The notes below the pieces were generated by a model that was given only the letters and a program-made list of their open reading frames with translations, had not been told where the DNA came from and did no database searches. Positions 1-8,904 of a stretch of 64,000 nucleotides of DNA are shown piece by piece; the first letter of the stretch is position 1; every line of letters starts with the position of its first letter. Source of the DNA: a bacterium (GTDB taxonomy: Bacteria > Fidelibacterota > Fidelibacteria > Fidelibacterales > Fidelibacteraceae); contig OY781066.1 in the NCBI GenBank assembly GCA_963676395.1, positions 640,001 to 704,000 of the forward strand, written 5' to 3'. The position numbers and the translations under genes were made by a program.

Positions 1-23
1 GTTTACTTACTCATTTTGAGCGA

Positions 24-917
24 CTACTGAAACAACTTGGTACTCAAATACTTCTCTCCCCTATCAGGAAACATCACAACAACGCAGCCATGTTCGACAT
101 TCTTGATTGCTTCCAAAGCAGCCACCATCGCCGCCCCGGAACTCATCCCGACAAATATACCTTCTTCTTTAACGATGCGCCTTGCCATGTCAAACGCCTC
201 TTCACTTTCAACCATGATCTCGGTATCTATCTTTGAAGGATCATATATCTCGGGAACTATAGCTTCATCCATATTTTTCAAGCCCTGAATATAGTGTCCT
301 TTAACCGGATGTGCGCACACGACTTGAATATTAGGGTTATTTTCTTTTAAAGCCTTACTCAACCCCATAATAGTACCTGAAGTACCAATACTCGAAACAA
401 GGTGAGTTAACATTCCTCCGGTTTGTCGCCATAGCTCTTCAGCAGTGACCTTATAATGTGCCAACTTATTATAATGATTCGAAAATTGGTCGGGATTAAA
501 ATATTTTTCCGGATTTTCTTTCATCAACTCACGCACTTTGCATATAGCTCCATCAGTACCCTTATCGGCACCGGTTAAAATTATCTCAGCTCCAAAAGCT
601 TTCATCATCTTTCGTCGCTCTATCGAAACGGTTTCACTCATGACAATCGTTACGGGATAACCTTTTACCGCTCCAATCATGGCAAGACCTATTCCGGTAT
701 TCCCGGAGGTCGCTTCAAGAATTATTTGACCGGGCTTCATGATCCCTTCGGCTTCAGCCTGCTGGATCATTCGCAAGGCGATACGATCTTTAATGCTTCC
801 GGTGGGATTAAAGCCTTCCAACTTCGCGTAGATATTTATATTCTTGTTTGGATTTAATTTATTAATTTTCACCAGTGGTGTTTGTCCAATGCTCTGCAAT
901 ATATTCGAATAAATCAT
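24..917 (-). CDS. cysK: Cysteine synthase (O-acetylserine thiol-lyase, CysK/CysM family)
   Basis: KLEGFNPTGSIKDR PLP-lysine motif, EATSGNTG, GTSGT, GMSSGA, FPDRGEKYLS. CysK vs CysM not resolvable. Confidence 0.88.
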   Translation of the reverse strand: MIYSNILQSIGQTPLVKINKLNPNKNINIYAKLEGFNPTGSIKDRIALRMIQQAEAEGIMKPGQIILEATSGNTGIGLAMIGAVKGYPVTIVMSETVSIERRKMMKAFGAEIILTGADKGTDGAICKVRELMKENPEKYFNPDQFSNHYNKLAHYKVTAEELWRQTGGMLTHLVSSIGTSGTIMGLSKALKENNPNIQVVCAHPVKGHYIQGLKNMDEAIVPEIYDPSKIDTEIMVESEEAFDMARRIVKEEGIFVGMSSGAAMVAALEAIKNVEHGCVVVMFPDRGEKYLSTKLFQ

Positions 918-990
918 TTTTTCTCCATTTTGTATAGTATCCTGTTCTTATTAAGAACACATACGCTTGTTCCAAGTTTTGGTAAATAAA

Positions 991-3174
991 TTATAAAGGT
1001 AAGTGCAAAATAAAACAAGAACCTTCGCCGACTTTGCTATCCACAATTATCTTTCCGCGGTGCAATTCGGCAAATTCCTTACATAATATCAGTCCTAAAC
1101 CGGTACCATGTTCACCATCTGTTCCGGGCTCACTTACTGACTTGTCCAATAAAAACAGTTTATCGCATTTCTCAGGACTCATGCCCACTCCAAAATCACG
1201 GACACACAGTTGCAACATATCGTCTTTTTCTTTAGCAATAATCTTTATTTCACTGCCATGATACGAGTATTTTATTGCGTTGGAGATTAAATTTTGTAGA
1301 ATTGTATTCAGCATATTTTCGTCTGCCAATACAACAACCGGAGAAATATCAAAATCGATCTTAATTTGTTTTTCGCGAGCGATCGTTTCCATCAACTTGA
1401 TCGTATCTTGAATGGGGAATCTGATATCCAAAGCTTTGGGCTCAAAGGATATTTTTCCTGTTTGAGACCGTGCCCATTCCAATAAATTTTCAAGAAGCTT
1501 ATATGTTTGAGTCGATACGGTTTCAATATGATTTGAATATTCTTTTACTTTATCGTAGTCTTTTTGCTCGGAGGCTTTTCTTAATAATCCCGAAAATCCG
1601 ATCAATGAATTAAAGGGACTTTTTAGATCATGAGCAATAATGGATGTAAATTTATCTTTGGTTGCATTTAATTCCTGTAATTTTTTTTGATTCCCCTTAA
1701 GGATCAAATTGGTAGATTTATTCGAGGAAAAGAGTTTCAACATAAAAAAGGCAAAAATAACGACCATACTTAAAATAATCAGGAGGAGATTCCTAACGGT
1801 TATCTCCCTTTCCAAACTCATTTCACTGACTAGGTTTTCCTGTTCTAATTCTTTTATTTTTTGTTCTCTTTTTTCATTATCGTATAACGCTTCAATTTGA
1901 TTCATGGAGCTTAGAGCTTTGGATTGACTTATAGAATCGGACAAAGCGATTTGATCACTGCGGTACTTGAATGCTTTTTCATAATTTCCTTCTTCGGCAT
2001 ATATTTCCGCCAACAAGGAACAAATACTAATCGTAATACTTTTTTGGCCATTATTTACAGCATGTTCTAAACCTATATTTAAACTATCCAACGCGGATTC
2101 ATATTCACCCATACTGTAGTATATTTGTCCATACAATTTATATAAGCCCGGGAAACCCAATACATCATTTATTGATTTTTTAATTTCTTTGGATCGGTTT
2201 AAATATCCTAAAGCCAATTCATTTTCACCAATTGAATGCTCAATTAGAGCCCTGTACTTACAAGCATTGGATAAACCAAATCCAAGATTCAATTCCTCGT
2301 ATATATCTATAGCATTTTGGTTATTATATCTTGCGCTTGCCGCATCCCCTAAATGTAGATAAGTCATTCCCAATTCATCGTGCGAAATCGCTACACCGGT
2401 TAAAGCACTGGCGTCGTCAGGTAAGGCTTTATATCTTTCCAAGGCATCACTAAAGTATTCCTGAGCTTTATCGTAAGCATCCATGGTAGTATAAATACGA
2501 CCCACACAATATGTTACCCACGCAGCGCCTTCTTCTAATTGTGCTATTTCATATTGTTCTCGCGCTTTTAAAATAAATTCAATAGCCTGCCCATAAATAC
2601 CTTCTAATCTAAAAATATTAGAAAGTTGGGCATAAACAATCGCCATATTTACATGATCGGATACTTTTCTTGAGTACACAAGAGCTTCATTATATCTTGA
2701 CATTGCTAAAGCCTGATCACCGGTCATTCTATGCTCAACAGCCCCCAAAACACCAAGGACTTTACCTAAGTTCTTATAATCGTTTTCTATTCTATAAAGT
2801 TTTACCGCTTTATTTAACAATACCATTGCCGTATCGGTTTCATCGGCATAATGACTTGTCAACCCTAAATAATGCAATGCTTTTGCTTGCAAATCAACAT
2901 ACCCCAATTTTTCTGCCTCATTAAGGGCTTGGCGCAACGTTTTCTTTGCGAGAGAATAATCAGTTCTTCTATGTTGATATCCTATCTGAAGCCTTGCTTC
3001 AATCCGAGGTTTCCCGTCATATTCTTTGGCGACTTGATATAAACTATCTAAATCTTCAGATAATAATACAGAGGAAAATGTCATCAATAGAATTAAGAAC
3101 AAGTATTTAAGCTTTGATTTAGAAGTATTCCTAAAGTTTGAACTCGAACTCATACTATCTCCCTGGTTTAGCAA
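991..3174 (-). CDS. TPR-repeat membrane sensor histidine kinase
   Basis: N-terminal signal/TM, TPR-like helices, TM, H-box IIAHDLKSP, N-box NLISNAIKY, G boxes DFGVGM and GTGLGL. Confidence 0.9.
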   Translation of the reverse strand: MLNQGDSMSSSSNFRNTSKSKLKYLFLILLMTFSSVLLSEDLDSLYQVAKEYDGKPRIEARLQIGYQHRRTDYSLAKKTLRQALNEAEKLGYVDLQAKALHYLGLTSHYADETDTAMVLLNKAVKLYRIENDYKNLGKVLGVLGAVEHRMTGDQALAMSRYNEALVYSRKVSDHVNMAIVYAQLSNIFRLEGIYGQAIEFILKAREQYEIAQLEEGAAWVTYCVGRIYTTMDAYDKAQEYFSDALERYKALPDDASALTGVAISHDELGMTYLHLGDAASARYNNQNAIDIYEELNLGFGLSNACKYRALIEHSIGENELALGYLNRSKEIKKSINDVLGFPGLYKLYGQIYYSMGEYESALDSLNIGLEHAVNNGQKSITISICSLLAEIYAEEGNYEKAFKYRSDQIALSDSISQSKALSSMNQIEALYDNEKREQKIKELEQENLVSEMSLEREITVRNLLLIILSMVVIFAFFMLKLFSSNKSTNLILKGNQKKLQELNATKDKFTSIIAHDLKSPFNSLIGFSGLLRKASEQKDYDKVKEYSNHIETVSTQTYKLLENLLEWARSQTGKISFEPKALDIRFPIQDTIKLMETIAREKQIKIDFDISPVVVLADENMLNTILQNLISNAIKYSYHGSEIKIIAKEKDDMLQLCVRDFGVGMSPEKCDKLFLLDKSVSEPGTDGEHGTGLGLILCKEFAELHRGKIIVDSKVGEGSCFILHLPL

Positions 3175-3222
3175 GTAATATTTAATATAGAAATTATTAT
3201 TAATATTCTAAAAGAATTTTTA

Positions 3223-4140
3223 CTATTCAATAATCATTAAAGCATGTTTATGATTAATGATATTCAGTTCTGTACCCGCTTCACAAATCGTTTCACCATC
3301 AGCATGAACAGCCATAGTACCTGAGAGCGCCCGAACATTCAGCCAATCTGTCCTTCCTGTTAAAGTATCCTCTCGTTTACTTTGCTCACCTTTAGTGTAA
3401 GCGATCATCGCAGATAGCAGTTCTCCTCGCTTTCCCTGCTTTGTCATACAAATATCAAACAAGCCATCATTCATTTTCCCTTCGGGTGCCATAAAAAAGC
3501 TTCCGCCCAAGCGACGACCGTTCATCACAGATACCAGTGCCGGAGAAATATTGATAACTTCGTCATTAAAACTGATTTTTAATTCGGGAGCAGTGGGATA
3601 TTTGATCAGAGTTTTTATTGCTCCCAATGCGTAACCGGCAGCTCCGTGTATATAGTTCATTTTTGCAGCTTCAAGCCCAACAAGTGTATCAAAACCTATT
3701 CCTAAACCATTTCCAAAATACCTTCCCTCGGGATAATCACCACCTCTTACTTCCCCAACATCCATCGGGACCGATGCTCCATCTTTTATACGTAATAGAT
3801 CTTTTCCTAAACCAATAGGTATATCAGCGGAAAACGCAAAATCATTTCCCCTTCCAATAGCAAGAACACCAAAAGCGGGAATAGTTTCCATTTTATTTGA
3901 TGCTTTCATTAAACCATTAATAATCTCATTAATAGTACCATCACCACCGGCAGCTACAATGAGTGTATTTTCCATTAAAGCATAGCTTTCCGCTAACTGG
4001 ATGGCGTGACCGGGTCTTTTTGTTTGAATTATTTCATATTCAAGACCATGTTCAGTAAAAAAAACTTCTATTTCAGGGATCCTCTTTTCAGCATGACCTT
4101 TTCCTGCTGTAGGGTTTAAAATAACGATATAGCGTTTCAT
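3223..4140 (-). CDS. Diacylglycerol/lipid kinase, YegS/BmrU family
   Basis: NPTAGKG, AAGGDGTINE, GRGNDFA, GIGFD, HADGE motifs. Confidence 0.9.
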   Translation of the reverse strand: MKRYIVILNPTAGKGHAEKRIPEIEVFFTEHGLEYEIIQTKRPGHAIQLAESYALMENTLIVAAGGDGTINEIINGLMKASNKMETIPAFGVLAIGRGNDFAFSADIPIGLGKDLLRIKDGASVPMDVGEVRGGDYPEGRYFGNGLGIGFDTLVGLEAAKMNYIHGAAGYALGAIKTLIKYPTAPELKISFNDEVINISPALVSVMNGRRLGGSFFMAPEGKMNDGLFDICMTKQGKRGELLSAMIAYTKGEQSKREDTLTGRTDWLNVRALSGTMAVHADGETICEAGTELNIINHKHALMIIE

Positions 4141-4298
4141 CCATACTCCTGCGTAAAAAATTGGAACGTCAATATAGGGAGAAAGATGAGAAATTGAAAG
4201 GGGATTTCATTGATAAAGCAGAGAATTATTAACTATAAAAATAAAACCTGAAAACATTTTCAGGGTTTTAAAATTAATTTATATCATCAACATTATCA

Positions 4299-4460
4299 TT
4301 AGAAATATGAAAATATCTCATCATCATGTTGATCAATCAAAACTGAATGATTACATCCATCCGAATCAATACGATATATACTTGAACCTACATCATCACG
4401 TCTTTCATAGATAATACACTCTCCATCAGGTGGCCAAACCGGTTTCATCCCGGGGGGCAT
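4299..4460 (-). pseudogene. Fragment of a TolB-like/PD40 beta-propeller gene
   Basis: Manual translation MPPGMKPVWPPDGECIIYERRDDVGSSIYRIDSDG... resembles the P-x-WSPDG..I.Y...IY.I..DG repeat; in-frame stop two codons upstream. Confidence 0.45.
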
Positions 4461-4628
4461 TGCTTATTACAATATTCTTATTGAATAATAGGTTTACAGA
4501 GACAATAAAGGTTAGTTCTCAGTTTTTTGTAAGTTGCATACTGTATAATAATATGTAATAGTAATATGATTATGAGGTGCTCTCAGGAGCGAAAGGTTTT
4601 GCTTATAAGTATTAATTTTGGGAATAAT

Positions 4629-4691
4629 AACCGAGTCGGTTGTCAACACGCCAAACCGAGTCGGTTCAAGTATTCTTCAACTGACTCGGTC
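4629..4691. repeat. Three AACCGA(G/C)TCGGTT-type palindromes at 25-bp period
   Basis: Copies start at 4629, 4654 and 4679 (third is degenerate, AACTGACTCGGTC). Confidence 0.8.
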
Positions 4692-4745
4692 CAATAAAAA
4701 CAACCGAAAATATAACTTGCGCTATCTTTATATCTTTTCCGACTT

Positions 4746-5543
4746 CTAGTATAATTTATTGGATTTCTCCCAGGCTGTAACAATCCCTTTGATCATGGCA
4801 GATGAAAAACCGGCATGTTCCATTTGATTTAATCCTGAGATAGTGACTCCCTGAGGTGTTGTCACTCTATCAACTTCAAACTCAGGGTGATTCCCTGTTG
4901 CGAATAATAATTCTGCTGCACCTTTGGCAGTTTGAGTTGCCATGAGTTTTGCATCTTCGGCATGCAAACCAATCTCTATTCCGCCCTGAATTGCAGCACG
5001 AATTGCACGCATAAAGAAGGCAATTCCGCAAGAAGCTAAAGCGGTTGAAGCGGTGATTTGTTCTTCCTTAAGATATATGGTCTTGCCTAAGTGAGAAAAG
5101 AGCTTTTCTACTTTTGGTACCAGATCCATATCCTTTTCTCGACATGCTAAAGCTGTCATAGACTCACCAATTGATATGGCAGTATTGGGCATAGCTCTGA
5201 ATACAGGCAGATCTTTACCAAGTTTTTCTATAATATCAGCGATTTTAACACCACTTACAATCGAAATGATTCGATGTTTTTTTTCGTCAAGGTAAGGACT
5301 TATTTGAGATAATAATTTATCAACCTGTTGCGGCTCTACAGTCAGGATCAATGTATCTGCAAAAGTGACCGCTTCCGAATTATCGCTTGTAAGGTGGCAG
5401 CCATCAGTAGCAAATTTTTCTATTAGTGATAGTTTTGTATTACTTAGTATGATGTCTTTATAATCCAAGCCACCTTCTTGAACAAGTCCCCGATATATTG
5501 CCTGGCCTATATTTCCCGCACCAAGAATTGCGATCTTTTTCAT
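4746..5543 (-). CDS. proC: Pyrroline-5-carboxylate reductase
   Basis: ILGAGNIG Rossmann motif, ISIVSGV, RAMPN, VTTPQGVTISGL. Confidence 0.95.
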   Translation of the reverse strand: MKKIAILGAGNIGQAIYRGLVQEGGLDYKDIILSNTKLSLIEKFATDGCHLTSDNSEAVTFADTLILTVEPQQVDKLLSQISPYLDEKKHRIISIVSGVKIADIIEKLGKDLPVFRAMPNTAISIGESMTALACREKDMDLVPKVEKLFSHLGKTIYLKEEQITASTALASCGIAFFMRAIRAAIQGGIEIGLHAEDAKLMATQTAKGAAELLFATGNHPEFEVDRVTTPQGVTISGLNQMEHAGFSSAMIKGIVTAWEKSNKLY

Positions 5544-5716
5544 TTTGTATCCTTTATAATTGAAAGGAATTTATAATAAAAATGTAATAATAACAAGTTT
5601 CCTTGAATTAATATCTCGAGACATTAAATAATATTTACTGATTTTCTTGTCCAAATATTTATTTTAGGTTCGATATCACCCGTGTTTTTTTACATTTTTA
5701 CTCCCTAAATTGTACA

Positions 5717-5748
5717 CCGGTAGTATCGCAGGGGAGCAATACTACCGG
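5717..5748 (-). terminator. Strong hairpin downstream of the DUF11 operon (terminator or 3' RNA element)
   Basis: Stem CCGGTAGTAT/ATACTACCGG, minus-strand loop contains CUCCCC; no clear U-tract. Confidence 0.45.
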
Positions 5749-5817
5749 CTAGAGAGAGAGTTTATGTTGATGAGAGTTGAATATTAAATTATTTTATTAC
5801 CTACCGCAAATTACAGA

Positions 5818-8800
5818 TTACCAATTAAAAATATCCTCCGAAAATTTCATATGGAAGCTCAAGAAAAAATTATTATATAAATAATTTTGAGATCCAAAAT
5901 CAGGATCCTCAAATCGACTAATTTGATATCCTAAACCTACCTGCATGTTCTTGATAAGGTTATAGCCGACCTCAACCGACGAGCCTACTTTATCCTGACC
6001 TAATTGAGGAATATCAATAAATTTCACATCAGCAGCGGCATACCATTTTAAACTTAGGTCATATTCTAATCTTAAAGCAAAATATCTGGTTGTAATAATA
6101 TCTTTAAACTGAAGTATCTGTTCATCTACGATCATTCTATAGGCAAATGAAAACCCTACTTCTAATTTTTCCGTTGGCTGCCAATAATTATGTGCGTACA
6201 GAATAAATCTTTCATTATTTGTCTTATCGGCAACATGCGTATTCTTATCTTGCAAATATGCTACCTTGATCAACGAATTAAAGAAATCACTTCGCTCAGG
6301 ACGTATTGCAAGACCAATTTGATTGTCCGATTTAATAACATAATCATTAAATGATTCCAGATAATTGGTTTGCGTATACGTTAGCTTTGCAAGAAATGAT
6401 AAACCGCGCGCCAATTTAAAATCCATATTAAACATTACGTTCCATTGACGTGAATCACTCTTGGCTAACAATTCACCTTTAGCTGTCATTTTAAAAGGTA
6501 TTTCAGGCAAAAATTCAAATGAAGTTGATAGGGCCTGGTGATCAATCGTTGCAACCCTAAGGCTGTCGGCTACAGAAACATTCTCATAAGCTACGTTAAA
6601 GGTAATATTCTTACCGATCTTCCATTTATTCTTTAAACCGATGGTGGCACGGTTCCGATCGTCGCCACTGGTTCCACCAATTTCATATTTACCTGTTAAT
6701 TCGGTATTCTCTTTTACTTTTGAATCAATCCCAACAACAAATTGATTGGGTTTTTCACTGTTTTCTACACGCTTATATTTAGCTATTAAAGCTACTTTTT
6801 CGCTAATGGAATATGTTAAGCCAATACCGGTAAAAGTGGGCTTAGCCTGATCGGTCTTAATGAGGTTTTGCTCTCGTTCAACGGTTGCTTTGATTTTCTT
6901 GCCTAATTTATAATCAAGAGCTCCTTTGATCAATTGGGAACGCGTAGATTTCAGCGTATCACCGCTTATAGAGATCTTCTCGGCATTTTCATAAGCAACA
7001 TTTACATTTCCTTTTTCCAAAAACGATTGCTTATAAGTAATATTGAATGCTTTAGCGGTATTTTCATTTACAGTACCCACTTTGCTTAACTGGTTATAAT
7101 ATTCGGATTGTAATTGACCAAATTTCTCATTGCCCATTTTTAGACGAAAACCATATTTCTGAGAACCACTTTCAGAACTTTTACCTGTTTGAGACATATT
7201 TGTAAAAGACGTATCAATATTTCTATAGTATGCCGAAATATTAAAAAACTTCATAGGGTTAAATAAAATCTCTGCTTTATATGCATTACCTAAGATCTTT
7301 TCACCACTCATCTCAGGAGTAATTGACTGTGCAACTTCACTTTTTATTGACAGCCATTTAAATAAGGGCATTGTAGCATCTAAACCGTAAAGATAATAAT
7401 TTGATACTTGTTTTTCTTCCGCAACAAACAAAGCACCAAGATTCAATTTTTTAAAAAGTGTACCGTCGTATCTGATACCACCGATAGCTGTTTCTCGTTT
7501 TCCGGATTTGTATTCGTACGAAATAACAATATAAACAGGGTTGCCGTCATCATCTAAACTGGGGACAGGCTGCTTGAACATGATAGAACCATCTTCATAA
7601 TTAATGGTATAATCTTGATATCTGTTCATTTCTTTAGAACGAATAACAATTTCTGAACGATACTTATCTCTTGTCTGTATTTCGATCTTATCTGAAAGTT
7701 CAGTTACATAAGTTTGTGACAAGAAATAATAACCTGAAATACCTTCACCTCGGATCTCATCCAATTGCATTTCACGATCTGTAAAGGTACCAAAAGCTCT
7801 TATGGAATGTTCTTTATAATTAAGATCAGCAAGCAAACCGTTAAATGTTCTATTATACGCTGTAAATTCAGCTTGGTCTAATTTAGTATCAAAATCACCA
7901 TACATAACAGCCGATTCATTTTCTTCCAATTTAATAAATAATTCGGAATTACTTTGAGCATCATATTCAAGGGTAGAGGCATCACCATATACCGCATATT
8001 GCTCCGAAGGGTCAATATCCTGATAGAATTGATCACGATAATTTCGTTTAGAATCGTAAGAAGCGGTCAATTGATATTTATTAAGAATATTTCCTCTGGC
8101 GTAGAATGCTACTCGACCACCATACATAGCTAGATTATTATTAAAAACCTTTTCACGCCAAACTTCTACATCAGGTTCATTTTCATTATCAGGAAAATCC
8201 TGAAAATTTGATACCGCACCATTTACGGATCCAACAAACATAAAATCACCCTGAGGAGTTGTGTAACGAACCGGCATTTGAAAATATTCACCGCGAACTG
8301 AAACTTCAAGTATGGCCTTTGTAGCTTCTTTAGGAGATTTTACAGGGAATTTCAATTCCCCGTTTTGAACAGGTAATTGAACACCCGCTGCCATTATATC
8401 CATATCTTCCGAAGCAACTTTTCCATGTGTTAATTGTACGGTTGCAACCTTTAAGTTATCAAGCAAGTATCCCCACTCATCTCTAAATTCAAAGCTCAAT
8501 GTATCCATACTGTGTCCATCGGCCGGAATCTCTATCTTTTCTTTATAAGGAACCATGCTCTTTGGTGGCCCCATAACATGGATATTACGTTCCGAAGTAA
8601 AGATCTTATCTCGCGCACCCACTGATTCAACGCGGAACTTAACCGGCCCATCAGGGACATGAATATTGAGAAAATCATAAACACCGTCTACACGAATTGT
8701 TCCTTCGGATGCTAATTCATCGTTTACATATAATTTAGTATTTGCACCGGCTTTACCCATGACCGTAACGGCAACATGATGAAGATTTGTAACGCTGCCT

Positions 8801-8904
8801 TCCATAGGATTCAGGATAAGTGCCTGACCCAGGAGCGGGATAGCTCCCAAACAAAGGATCAATATGATCCAAAGAATTTTAAGCGTTTGTTTCTTCATAA
8901 TCAT
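5818..8904 (-). CDS. Large outer-membrane beta-barrel protein with N-terminal Ig-like domains
   Basis: Signal peptide, alternating amphipathic strands with many Y/F/G, YAVYGDAS motif, aromatic C-terminal strand; abuts the stop of the upstream gene. Confidence 0.75.
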   Translation of the reverse strand: MIMKKQTLKILWIILILCLGAIPLLGQALILNPMEGSVTNLHHVAVTVMGKAGANTKLYVNDELASEGTIRVDGVYDFLNIHVPDGPVKFRVESVGARDKIFTSERNIHVMGPPKSMVPYKEKIEIPADGHSMDTLSFEFRDEWGYLLDNLKVATVQLTHGKVASEDMDIMAAGVQLPVQNGELKFPVKSPKEATKAILEVSVRGEYFQMPVRYTTPQGDFMFVGSVNGAVSNFQDFPDNENEPDVEVWREKVFNNNLAMYGGRVAFYARGNILNKYQLTASYDSKRNYRDQFYQDIDPSEQYAVYGDASTLEYDAQSNSELFIKLEENESAVMYGDFDTKLDQAEFTAYNRTFNGLLADLNYKEHSIRAFGTFTDREMQLDEIRGEGISGYYFLSQTYVTELSDKIEIQTRDKYRSEIVIRSKEMNRYQDYTINYEDGSIMFKQPVPSLDDDGNPVYIVISYEYKSGKRETAIGGIRYDGTLFKKLNLGALFVAEEKQVSNYYLYGLDATMPLFKWLSIKSEVAQSITPEMSGEKILGNAYKAEILFNPMKFFNISAYYRNIDTSFTNMSQTGKSSESGSQKYGFRLKMGNEKFGQLQSEYYNQLSKVGTVNENTAKAFNITYKQSFLEKGNVNVAYENAEKISISGDTLKSTRSQLIKGALDYKLGKKIKATVEREQNLIKTDQAKPTFTGIGLTYSISEKVALIAKYKRVENSEKPNQFVVGIDSKVKENTELTGKYEIGGTSGDDRNRATIGLKNKWKIGKNITFNVAYENVSVADSLRVATIDHQALSTSFEFLPEIPFKMTAKGELLAKSDSRQWNVMFNMDFKLARGLSFLAKLTYTQTNYLESFNDYVIKSDNQIGLAIRPERSDFFNSLIKVAYLQDKNTHVADKTNNERFILYAHNYWQPTEKLEVGFSFAYRMIVDEQILQFKDIITTRYFALRLEYDLSLKWYAAADVKFIDIPQLGQDKVGSSVEVGYNLIKNMQVGLGYQISRFEDPDFGSQNYLYNNFFLSFHMKFSEDIFNW

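Noticed and set aside
4629..4691. CRISPR array
   Set aside because: 13-bp repeats with 12-bp spacers are far too short, and there are no cas genes.
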